Positions 49,338 to 58,023 of a DNA stretch of 64,000 bases are shown piece after piece. How positions within the stretch are numbered: the stretch's first letter is position 1; every line of letters starts with the position of its first letter. The notes under the pieces are model-generated. The model was not told the DNA's origin. It searched no databases and saw nothing but the letters and a program-made list of their open reading frames with translations. The stretch spans positions 194,503 to 258,502 of the forward strand of contig JANQPL010000001.1 of the NCBI GenBank assembly GCA_028289425.1, read 5' to 3'. This DNA is from Alphaproteobacteria bacterium (GTDB lineage: Bacteria > Pseudomonadota > Alphaproteobacteria > JANQMY01). Made by a program: the position numbers and the translations under genes.

Positions 49338-49351
49338 TGTACAAATGTACG
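49338..49351. promoter_or_regulatory. TGTACA-NN-TGTACA operator-like site (TGTACAAATGTACG)
   Basis: About 90 nt upstream of the ligase start. Confidence 0.5.
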
Positions 49352-49439
49352 GTTTTTAGAAATGAAGTGCCGGCCGCTGCGCCGACTGAGCACGCAACAA
49401 GAGCGCCTGCCGGATAAGCCAACGGCGAAGGAGAGAGCA

Positions 49440-51086
49440 ATGGCCAATAAGTTCATTCCGGCGGACGTGAAGTTGGAGCAACGCACCGTTGGACAGTTGA
49501 TCGCCAAGCAAGCCAACGAACTCGGCGACAAAACGTTCGTGCAAACGACGGATGGCGAGACATTGAGCTATCGGGACCTGCATCTAAGGTCCAATCAACT
49601 CACCCACGGGCTGGCGGATCTGGGAATCGAACACCAAGAACCCGTTCTAGTCATGATGCCCGACACAACGGACTTTCTTGTCATATGGGCGGCGCTGGGC
49701 AAACGCGGTGCGATCCAGGTGCCTATCAATTTGGCTTACCAAAAGAGCATTCTAAGACGGATCTGCAATGACTCGACCGCAAAGTCCGTCTTCGTGGACA
49801 TCCAGTTTCTAGACCGGCTCGAAGAGATCTGCGATGATTTGGACGCCTTGGAAACACTCATCTTGTATTCAGAGGAACACGGTGAGGATTTTTCAGGCGA
49901 TCTACCGCCAAAACTCGCCAAACGCTGCAAGTCCATAAAGTTCAGCACACTTTTCAGCGAATCGACGGCCGATTTTGAGAACGGCCCGCGGTTCAATGAT
50001 TTGCTGGCGATCATGTACACGTCGGGAACCACGGGCGCTTCGAAAGGCGTGTGCATTACCCAGTCTCATGCGTTTTGTTATGCGGACTCCGCGGCAGAGA
50101 TCTTTCATTTGTGCTCGTCCGACCGGTTCTATTCCTCCGGCCTTCCGCTGTTTCATGTCGGCTGCCAATGGGCTGTCTGCTATGCGTCGCTGATCTATGG
50201 CGGCACCGTGGTTCTCAGACAGGGTTACAGCAACGATAATTTTTGGCCCGACGTGAAGAACTTTGACTGTACCGTCGTGTTCTTGTTGGGGGCCATCGCC
50301 AATTTCTTGTGGCAGCAACCGAGTTCCCCGAGCGATCGTGACACATCGCTGACCAAAGTGGGCATGTTTCCGGTGATACCGGAGCATGAGGCATTCTGCG
50401 AACGGTTCGGCGTGGAAATCGCTGCGGCCTATGCCAGCACGGAGTGCCCGACCCCGATGATCCATCACTTCGGTGATCCCCTGCCAAACAACCAATGTGT
50501 TGGCTTTCCAACGGGCAAGTATGACGTCGCAATCTTCGATGAAGATGACCGCGAATGTGACACCGGCACCATGGGAGAGATTTGTGTCCGGCCAAAAGGG
50601 CCTTGGGAGATCCTCTCAGGATATTGGAGGCAGCCCGAATACACGGCAAAAGCCTTCCGAAATCTTTGGTACCACACGGGCGACGCCGGTTATCAAGACA
50701 ATGACGGTCGATTCTATTTTGTCGACCGCCTGACCGACTCCATGCGCCGGAGGGGCGAAAACATTTCCTCTATGGAAGTGGAAGACGAAATCAATCAGCA
50801 CCCGGATGTGCTGGAGTGTGCCGTGTTTCCCGTATGGGACGAACACACAGAACAAGAGGTTATGGCGGTCGTCACGCCGAAACCGGGCACGACCATAGAC
50901 CCGAAAGCTCTGATCGCTTTCCTCAATGAGCGCATGGCCTATTTCATGATCCCGCGCTATCTGGATTTTCAGGACGACATCCCCAAAACACCCACAGGCA
51001 AAATCCAAAAATTCAAACTGCGCGAGCACGGCATCACGCCAACCACTTGGGACCGGGTTGAAGCAGGTGTGAAGTTATCACGCTGA
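49440..51086 (+). CDS. AMP-dependent acyl-CoA synthetase/ligase
   Basis: IMYTSGTTGASKGVCITQSH motif; GGAGAGAG RBS before the ATG at 49440. Confidence 0.8.
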   Translation: MANKFIPADVKLEQRTVGQLIAKQANELGDKTFVQTTDGETLSYRDLHLRSNQLTHGLADLGIEHQEPVLVMMPDTTDFLVIWAALGKRGAIQVPINLAYQKSILRRICNDSTAKSVFVDIQFLDRLEEICDDLDALETLILYSEEHGEDFSGDLPPKLAKRCKSIKFSTLFSESTADFENGPRFNDLLAIMYTSGTTGASKGVCITQSHAFCYADSAAEIFHLCSSDRFYSSGLPLFHVGCQWAVCYASLIYGGTVVLRQGYSNDNFWPDVKNFDCTVVFLLGAIANFLWQQPSSPSDRDTSLTKVGMFPVIPEHEAFCERFGVEIAAAYASTECPTPMIHHFGDPLPNNQCVGFPTGKYDVAIFDEDDRECDTGTMGEICVRPKGPWEILSGYWRQPEYTAKAFRNLWYHTGDAGYQDNDGRFYFVDRLTDSMRRRGENISSMEVEDEINQHPDVLECAVFPVWDEHTEQEVMAVVTPKPGTTIDPKALIAFLNERMAYFMIPRYLDFQDDIPKTPTGKIQKFKLREHGITPTTWDRVEAGVKLSR

Positions 51087-51141
51087 ACAGAGCGTGTCGC
51101 AGTGTGAGGTCTCAGAGGCCACTTAAAGAAAGAACGAGAAT

Positions 51142-51924
51142 ATGGCGGAAAAGCAAATTCACTATGCCAAGGACGGGCACATCGCGCGCATCACCATCGA
51201 CCGGCCGGAAGCCTTGAACGCCATGACCGGTGACATGATCAGAGAGTTTCGCGCCGCCGCCGAAGAAGCAGAACGCGACCCAAATGTGCGCGTCGTCATT
51301 TTGTCGGGTGTCGGAGATGCCTTCTGTGCGGGATATGACATCCGTGAGTTTCAAGCGATGAAAGACCTCAACGGCATCTGGGAAGTTGGGATGTTGATGA
51401 CCGGCACGTGGTCCTTCGTGCGCAAGATGAGCAAGCCGACCATTGCGGCGATCGGCGGCTCAACGGCCGGTGGCGGGTTTGAGCTTTCGCTGTGCTGTGA
51501 CCTGCGCATCGCCAAGAAGAGCGCCAAAATCGGGTCGTGCGAAGTGCGTATGCACCAGCCAACCACGAACGCCTCGAGCCAGTTGCTGGCGCGATTGATC
51601 GGGGAAAGCAAGGCCAAGGAACTTGCCTTGACCGGCGATGTCTGGGACGCGGAAACAGCCGCCCAGTTCGGCCTAGTTAATGTGGCGGTGGACGACGAAG
51701 CGTTTGAGCAAACGGTGAAAGAGTGGGCTGAGCGTATTGCCAGCCGATCGCCGGTCGCTGTCAGCATCACGAAGAGCCTGTTCGAAAGTTTACGTCTGGT
51801 TTCGGCAGATACCGCAAGCTCGCTCGAAGAGGAAGCCGCGATCAAATGCTATCTGATGGACGATATGAAGGAAGGGTTTGACGCGTTTCTCAATAAGCGC
51901 CCGCCCGTTTGGAAGGGCCAATAG
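51142..51924 (+). CDS. Enoyl-CoA hydratase/isomerase (crotonase), canonical order
   Basis: GDAFCAGYDIREF and GGSTAGGGFELSLCCDLRIA oxyanion-hole motifs; 260 aa. Confidence 0.8.
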   Translation: MAEKQIHYAKDGHIARITIDRPEALNAMTGDMIREFRAAAEEAERDPNVRVVILSGVGDAFCAGYDIREFQAMKDLNGIWEVGMLMTGTWSFVRKMSKPTIAAIGGSTAGGGFELSLCCDLRIAKKSAKIGSCEVRMHQPTTNASSQLLARLIGESKAKELALTGDVWDAETAAQFGLVNVAVDDEAFEQTVKEWAERIASRSPVAVSITKSLFESLRLVSADTASSLEEEAAIKCYLMDDMKEGFDAFLNKRPPVWKGQ

Positions 51925-52154
51925 TCGGCATCATGACGAGAACCGGCGCCGGATGCAGTAATTCTAATCCTATTAGCGTTAAGCCAGGGGACAATGTCGG
52001 TTTCCCCTTGAAGCCCTTTTGAAACAGTTTCCTCCCGGCAGCGCTTGCGCGCTGCTTTCTCTGATCGTCAGCCTCTGTCGCTCTTATTCGCGATACGGGC
52101 TGACGATTTTTTTTTGACCCTCGGCAAACCTGACTGGCTCAAATTTTTCAAACT

Positions 52155-52168
52155 GGTACAAATGTGCA
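52155..52168. promoter_or_regulatory. TGTACA-NN-TGTACA operator-like site (GGTACAAATGTGCA)
   Basis: First of three sites in the 460-nt region upstream of the second TonB receptor. Confidence 0.45.
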
Positions 52169-52324
52169 ACACATGGGCTTTAAACCCTGGATGTCCGGAC
52201 GTTACCGACATCCTATCAAGAATCGGGGGCCTATACTTAACAATGCCCTCCACAATGGAGCCGCTACAGCGGCCCTATGGCGAACAGAGCTCTACTCGGC
52301 CAAAGCATGAAGAATTTGAAAAAC

Positions 52325-52365
52325 AGTACAAATGTGCTAAAACATGAAAACCGTACAAACGTACA
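52325..52365. promoter_or_regulatory. Two adjacent operator-like sites (AGTACAAATGTGCT and CGTACAAACGTACA)
   Basis: Tandem sites 50-90 nt upstream of the TonB receptor start. Confidence 0.5.
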
Positions 52366-52417
52366 AATTATATTTTGAACGACGCTATTGGCGTCGGCCA
52401 TGAAAAGGGGGAGACCA

Positions 52418-54718
52418 ATGGGTTCTGGGAGAGTTTCGCTTCGGTCAATTCTGATGACCTCAGCGGCATTGACCATATTCGGCATGCCGGCTGAGATAGC
52501 CTCAGCCGCTTTGGATGAGATTGTCATAACGGCAGCTCACAGGGAACAGTCGCTCCAAGACGTCCCGATTGCAGTGACAGCAATCGACTCTGTGGAACTC
52601 GACAGACTCAATGCCATTTCCTATGCGGATCTTTCCGGCTACCTACCGAACTTTTCTTTCAACTCCCTGACAAGCGTGGGTTTTGTGGTTCCCGTCATTC
52701 GGGGCGTCGGCCTGACCGGATCCGGTGAAAGCGCGATCTCCAACAATCCGACAACCGGATTCTACATCGACGGCGTTTACATTAGAGCCGCGGGCGGCAA
52801 TCTGTTCAATGTTGTGGATGTGGAGCGGGTGGAGATTCTGCGCGGACCTCAGGGCACGCTTTACGGCCGCAACACGCTGGGCGGTGTGATCAATATCATT
52901 ACCAAGAAACCGGGAGATGAATTGGACTTCAACGCCCGGGCATCGTACGGCAACTTCAATCGCAAAGACTTCCGTGCGTCAGTGTCAGGCCCCTTGGTAA
53001 CAGACAAGCTGCTGGGGCGCTTTGGCGTGGCATATATCGATCGAGACGGACGTGTTGAGAACAATTTTTCCACACCGGACAGCCGCTTCAATGAGTCGGG
53101 CGCCGACGTGGACGATCTAGACAGTCTCACACTCCGCGGCTCTGCCATCTACAGAGCGACGCCCAATCTGGAATTCACTTTCGCGGGCGACTACAGCAAA
53201 GATAATACCACCTACCCCGGCTATAACGTTGAGGATGGTAGCCTTGACCTATCCGCGTTCTTCCTAAGCGGCACCTATGCCGACACGGACGGCGACGTCC
53301 ACGAAGTGTCCTACAATTCGAACAATGAAGAAATGGCGAGAAATTGGGGCGCGTCGCTGACGGGCGAGTGGTCGTCAGGCAACTACCGCGTCGTGTCAAT
53401 CACGGGCTATCGCAACACAATTTTCGAGAATGACAACAGCGACATTGACGGCACGCCCTTCAACATCTTTCAGCAATTTCTGCGGCTCGAAGAAGAAGCG
53501 GTGAGCCAGGAGTTGAGATTTCACTATGAAGACGACCGGCTCGATACCGTTGCGGGCGTTTACTACTACGGCTATCAGGGCCAGCAGGACTCCACACTCG
53601 ACATTTTCGGCATCGAACGGGAGTTGGGATATCCCCTTTCGGTGTTTGGCGCCCCGGTGCTCAGTACGGGAATCTCAAGGGCGGTGGTGAATACAGAGAC
53701 GGACACCTTTTCCGCATTCGGGCACGCCGGCTACAGAATTCTTCCGGACTTGCGCATCGAAGCCGGCCTAAGGTACACAACCACCGATGTGGAATTCCAA
53801 CGCCCCGTCTCGCGCAGCGAAATTGGAGGTCTTGCAAATCCGTTCTATGACGGCTCGAACCCCTTTGATGAAGTGCCGGCCGGTGTTGCATTGGCATCCA
53901 ATGGCGGCGAAATACCGCTCGTGGAAGACACCTTCTCGAAGGTGACGCCAAAAGTCGGCATTAGTTATGACGTGAATGAAGAAACTCTCGTCTACGCCAC
54001 ATGGTCTAAGGGCTTTCGGGAAGGCGGATTTGCGACGCGACCATCCAGCGGCAACGGGGCGTTCGATGCCGAAAACCTGACCGCCTATGAGGTAGGCGCC
54101 AAATCCGACCTGTTCGATCGCAGGCTGAGACTTAACCTTGCAGCCTATTGGTACAGATATAAAGATCAGCAAGCGGAAGAGACGTCGCTTGGCGGCCCCG
54201 GCTTCTTTGTCGACATCACCAATTCCGGGCGGTCGAGAGCACGGGGCTTTGAACTTGAATTCGTGACAAATCCGGCGGATTTCTTTTCACTTCAGGGATC
54301 TTTCGGTTGGCAGGAAACCAAGTTCCTGGAACTGGATACGGGCCTTGGTGGCAACCTTGCCGGCAATGAATTCCCTCGGGCACCGAAATACAGCGCATCG
54401 CTCATCCCAACGTTCTACTACAATGTGCCCAATGCCGGCACGCTGTCGTTACGCGGCGAATGGACGTATCAGTCCGACGAGTTTGACGGCTTGACCAATG
54501 ACCGGAATCTTGTGCTTGAACGCCGCAATGTGTTTGGTGCGTCAATGTCATTTGAAAACATCGATCAGGATTGGTCGCTCACCCTGTGGGGCAAGAACCT
54601 GACCGACGAAGAATATGCAATCCGCGTCGTCGATCTAAGTGGCTTCTTTGGATATCGGTTAAGAAGCTACGGCACGCCACGGGAATTTGGGTTCACCGCA
54701 ACCTATTCCTACAACTAG
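52418..54718 (+). CDS. TonB-dependent outer-membrane receptor (second copy)
   Basis: GGGGGAG RBS, signal peptide, plug start LDEIVITAAHREQSLQDVPIAVTAI, C-terminal barrel; about 766 aa. Confidence 0.8.
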   Translation: MGSGRVSLRSILMTSAALTIFGMPAEIASAALDEIVITAAHREQSLQDVPIAVTAIDSVELDRLNAISYADLSGYLPNFSFNSLTSVGFVVPVIRGVGLTGSGESAISNNPTTGFYIDGVYIRAAGGNLFNVVDVERVEILRGPQGTLYGRNTLGGVINIITKKPGDELDFNARASYGNFNRKDFRASVSGPLVTDKLLGRFGVAYIDRDGRVENNFSTPDSRFNESGADVDDLDSLTLRGSAIYRATPNLEFTFAGDYSKDNTTYPGYNVEDGSLDLSAFFLSGTYADTDGDVHEVSYNSNNEEMARNWGASLTGEWSSGNYRVVSITGYRNTIFENDNSDIDGTPFNIFQQFLRLEEEAVSQELRFHYEDDRLDTVAGVYYYGYQGQQDSTLDIFGIERELGYPLSVFGAPVLSTGISRAVVNTETDTFSAFGHAGYRILPDLRIEAGLRYTTTDVEFQRPVSRSEIGGLANPFYDGSNPFDEVPAGVALASNGGEIPLVEDTFSKVTPKVGISYDVNEETLVYATWSKGFREGGFATRPSSGNGAFDAENLTAYEVGAKSDLFDRRLRLNLAAYWYRYKDQQAEETSLGGPGFFVDITNSGRSRARGFELEFVTNPADFFSLQGSFGWQETKFLELDTGLGGNLAGNEFPRAPKYSASLIPTFYYNVPNAGTLSLRGEWTYQSDEFDGLTNDRNLVLERRNVFGASMSFENIDQDWSLTLWGKNLTDEEYAIRVVDLSGFFGYRLRSYGTPREFGFTATYSYN

Positions 54719-54809
54719 TAAAATCAGAGAACACAAAATTTGCGCCGGCGCCTCACAAAAGCGTGCCGGCGTTTTTGTGACCTATCGATCGGCGCCGGGT
54801 CCGGACCGG

Positions 54810-55451
54810 TCAACGCTTGGGATTCGTCTTTGGGAAAAGAGACTGAAAGTCGTAGTCGAATTTGCTGCGCGTTCGTGCAAGTTCGGAATCAACCTTACCC
54901 CGCGCCATCAAACACAGAGTTTTCCCAAGGACAGAGCATTGCAGTATTTGACCATCCAGCGCCGGATCCTTTGAGCCGGCCTGCTCTGCCGTTTTTCGCC
55001 AATAGGCCATGCGAACTTTGTGGACATCGCCAATTGCGGCGCTCAGTTCAGGAGATCGGAAAGCCTCAAACGTCAATTCGAACGCCGCCATAGTTTGTTC
55101 TTTGTGTTCCGTGGACTCTCTTATGAGGCGGGTGCTGATCCGATCGATGATTTCCGCTCGCGAGGCCTTCTGGTCTTTGTCGTTTCTGTTGGATTCGCGC
55201 CAGCGGGCGACCTCTTGCTCGTAGAGCAGCTGATAGGCCTTTTCCAGAATCTCATCCCGCGACTCGAAATGATATGTGGTCACGGCGATGGACACATCGG
55301 CCTCCTTCGCGACTGAGCGATGCGTAACGCCCGTGGCACCTTGCCGCGAAAGTAGCCGCAACGCAGCCGCAACACATTTGTCATGGGTAGCCTGACCCCG
55401 CTGCTGGCCTTCGGACCGTTCGACGCTTTTCTTTGGACGACCCTTAGTCAT
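54810..55451 (-). CDS. TetR/AcrR family transcriptional regulator
   Basis: HTH AALRLLSRQGATGVTHRSVAKEADVSIAVTTYHFESRDEIL; likely start MTKGRPKK. Confidence 0.75.
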   Translation of the reverse strand: MTKGRPKKSVERSEGQQRGQATHDKCVAAALRLLSRQGATGVTHRSVAKEADVSIAVTTYHFESRDEILEKAYQLLYEQEVARWRESNRNDKDQKASRAEIIDRISTRLIRESTEHKEQTMAAFELTFEAFRSPELSAAIGDVHKVRMAYWRKTAEQAGSKDPALDGQILQCSVLGKTLCLMARGKVDSELARTRSKFDYDFQSLFPKTNPKR

Positions 55452-56064
55452 CAAACATACTCTCGACCAGTCGGGTATAGGTTTGGCGCAAGCTTCGGGC
55501 GCCATATTTCTCTTGACCGGCAGCAAGGGCGGACATCTCGTAACCAATCATGCAATCCACCAGGCGACGGGCATCTTCTCGCGGATTGCGGCTTTTGCAC
55601 CTCTCCAGAACATCTTCGTAGTAATCGCAGGTATCCGAATACCATTTGTTGGCAGTTTCCTGGAGCGCCGGATTGCGCGCCGCTTCCAACATGAACTCGT
55701 ACCAGGCGCAAATCACATGCCGATCATCCTTTTTTCGGAATGTGTGCCGCGAGACCCGAATGAGAAGTTCGGCGAGACCCTTCTTCGTGTAATCGTCACC
55801 CATGGAGGTTCTCAATCTTGTCCGAACATTCGCGATGTAGATTTCGATGAGCCAATCAAATGCGGCGGACAGTAATTCAGCTTTGTTCCTAAAATGATAG
55901 GTCGTGGACGCTAGAGAAACGCCGGCCAGTTCGGCCACACGCCGGTGCGTGACGGATTTCGCCCCCTCGGCGCCAAGCAACTGAGTGGCAGCGCTTAAGA
56001 TTGCCTCTCGGGTTAGGCGTGCGCGATCCTGTTGGGGAATTCTGACAACTGACGGACTGTTCAT
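55444..56064 (-). CDS. TetR/AcrR family transcriptional regulator (second, overlapping by about 8 nt)
   Basis: HTH AATQLLGAEGAKSVTHRRVAELAGVSLASTTYHFRNKAELL; likely start MNSPSVV. Confidence 0.75.
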   Translation of the reverse strand: MNSPSVVRIPQQDRARLTREAILSAATQLLGAEGAKSVTHRRVAELAGVSLASTTYHFRNKAELLSAAFDWLIEIYIANVRTRLRTSMGDDYTKKGLAELLIRVSRHTFRKKDDRHVICAWYEFMLEAARNPALQETANKWYSDTCDYYEDVLERCKSRNPREDARRLVDCMIGYEMSALAAGQEKYGARSLRQTYTRLVESMFDD

Positions 56065-56100
56065 GAAGCAAGTGTACTTTTGTTGATGAGACTTGAAAAC

Positions 56101-56113
56101 TGTACAAATACAC
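56101..56113. promoter_or_regulatory. Operator-like site (TGTACAAATACAC, one degenerate half), plus the degenerate GTGTACTTTTGTTGA at about 56072
   Basis: Immediately upstream of the second TetR gene (autoregulation candidate). Confidence 0.4.
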
Positions 56114-56353
56114 CAGTTTGATGAAAGGGGTCTTTGCTGCGTCGAATTGTCAAGATCCACCACATAGGCAGCTTCGATTTGGTTACGTTACGGCAGCCAT
56201 GTGAAAGATTGCGAATGCGACACGTAGCCCCTTAAGCGTTTCGACAGCCTCCTTTTTGATCCCCACGCGGCCCATTGACGTTCAGCGCGGCGCTGCAAAT
56301 TCGCCGGCATGCTGAGGCGCCAAAGCCTTGAATTAGCCTTCTTGATCATATAC

Positions 56354-56367
56354 CGTACAAATGTACA
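56354..56367. promoter_or_regulatory. TGTACA-NN-TGTACA operator-like site (CGTACAAATGTACA)
   Basis: About 30 nt upstream of the FAD oxidoreductase start. Confidence 0.5.
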
Positions 56368-56393
56368 GTTCTTGAGCAAGGGAACGAAAGAGT

Positions 56394-57686
56394 ATGTTGT
56401 ATGACGTGGCCGTATTGGGGGCAGGAGTGGCCGGTGCGGCAGCCAGTTACGCACTTCGCGATCTGAATGTCGCCCTAATCGAAGCGGAGAACTTTGTTGG
56501 TGGTCGGACATATTCCGAGAAGCTTGGAGATAACCTCTGGGCGAATTACGGCGCGGGATACTTCTCTTCGGACAAGACAACCATTATGGAGTTGGCCGAT
56601 GAGGTCGGTGCAGAACTTGTCCGTTTCGATGACCGGGCGATGACCGGCGATTTCATGAACGGTCTGTTTGATAAAGACGATGTAAAGCAAATCCGGGACA
56701 TCAAACGGCGGATTGCCGATGAGCAAAGACACACGCGAGACCCAGCAGATACATCCCTAGACGATGTTTCCTTTGCCGATTGGATGGGACCTGTTCGGCC
56801 AAACGTCAAGCTATACTGGGATGCTTGGTGCGAAACCATGAGCGGTCCGCCCGAAGAGGTCTCACTCTACGGAGTGCTGCTACTCCACGGCACCGACCGC
56901 ACCTCTGCGTTCAACGACACAGAACCAGATCATGACCCGCGCGGCAATCTTGTCGCCAAAGGTGGCAACAGCATGATTGCTCAAAAACTGGTTGAAGCAA
57001 GCGGTGTCGCGCTGCGCCTGGGAACGAGAATCGTACAGGTTACCTCTACGGAGGAAGGTTACCTGGTTGCCGCCGAGTCGCCCGACGGGTCGGTCACCTT
57101 TCAAACCCGAACCGTCGTTTCTGCCCTTACGGCACCCTCAGTTCTGAGCGTTATGCCCGAATTACCGGTGCAACGGATCGAAGCGCTAAATGCCATTGAA
57201 TATGGGCGCATTCTCGGCATCCCCGTTGTGGTCGGGCCTAAAGGCATGAACGAGCACTATGTACCAAAGGCGACCTACCGGCCCGATGCGGTCTATTGCC
57301 AAAGCGAGTTCCTATTGAGGTCGCCGACGGACCTTGACAAAGACGGCGCCTACTTTGTGTGCCAAGTATATGACCGCGCGAGCCGTGTTATTTGGGACGA
57401 CGATGATGAATCGATTCGGGCGGGCGCCTACGCAGCCTTTATCGCCAAATTTCCCGAGCTCAAATATCGCGTCCTGAAAATCGGTGTCCGCCGCTGGCCG
57501 ACCGGTGTTTGCAAATACAACCTTGGCCGCATGAAAGTCATGCCGGAGGTCGCAAAACCGATAGGCGGCATCAGCTTCTGCGGCGATTACACTTTAACCC
57601 CTCACACGGATGGCGCCGCAAAAAGCGGTTTACGCGCGGCAGAAGAAGCGCGCGCATTCCTGAACGATCAGAAGAGCCCGGAATGA
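56394..57686 (+). CDS. FAD-dependent oxidoreductase (flavin amine-oxidase-like)
   Basis: N-terminal dinucleotide fold DVAVLGAGVAGAAASYAL...EAENFVGGR and C-terminal FCGDYTLTPHTDGAAKSGLRAAEEA. Confidence 0.7.
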   Translation: MLYDVAVLGAGVAGAAASYALRDLNVALIEAENFVGGRTYSEKLGDNLWANYGAGYFSSDKTTIMELADEVGAELVRFDDRAMTGDFMNGLFDKDDVKQIRDIKRRIADEQRHTRDPADTSLDDVSFADWMGPVRPNVKLYWDAWCETMSGPPEEVSLYGVLLLHGTDRTSAFNDTEPDHDPRGNLVAKGGNSMIAQKLVEASGVALRLGTRIVQVTSTEEGYLVAAESPDGSVTFQTRTVVSALTAPSVLSVMPELPVQRIEALNAIEYGRILGIPVVVGPKGMNEHYVPKATYRPDAVYCQSEFLLRSPTDLDKDGAYFVCQVYDRASRVIWDDDDESIRAGAYAAFIAKFPELKYRVLKIGVRRWPTGVCKYNLGRMKVMPEVAKPIGGISFCGDYTLTPHTDGAAKSGLRAAEEARAFLNDQKSPE

Positions 57687-57943
57687 GAATCACATCGCCA
57701 GTCATCACAATGGATGTGGACATAGAAGAGATCATTGTACGGAACAGCAATATCGTTCTCTCTGGATTTGCCGGTGTTGAGGAGATTGAAGCGCAAGTCT
57801 CGGCGCTGGAGGCAAGATCTTTGATGTTCAAATTGATGCGGATCTCAGTGCTAACCCTACTGGTGCGAAGTTTCTTCGCCCCGAAAGAGTAGCGATACTT
57901 TGAGCCGTGCAGCCTCCGAATTGCCGGCGATGTGACACCTATT

Positions 57944-57957
57944 CGTACATTTGTACA
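57944..57957. promoter_or_regulatory. TGTACA-NN-TGTACA operator-like site (CGTACATTTGTACA)
   Basis: About 70 nt upstream of the molybdopterin oxidoreductase. Confidence 0.5.
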
Positions 57958-58023
57958 AACAGCTATTCCAAGATCTCGAATACACCAATGATCCCTACCC
58001 CAACGACCACTGCGGAGTAAATC

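Noticed and set aside
55440-55510. Frame inconsistency when hand-indexing the printed sequence against ORF-track translations near the TetR overlap
   Set aside because: Most likely my own counting error of +/-1 nt, not a frameshift. Gene frames were taken from the ORF track and motif coordinates are given as approximate.
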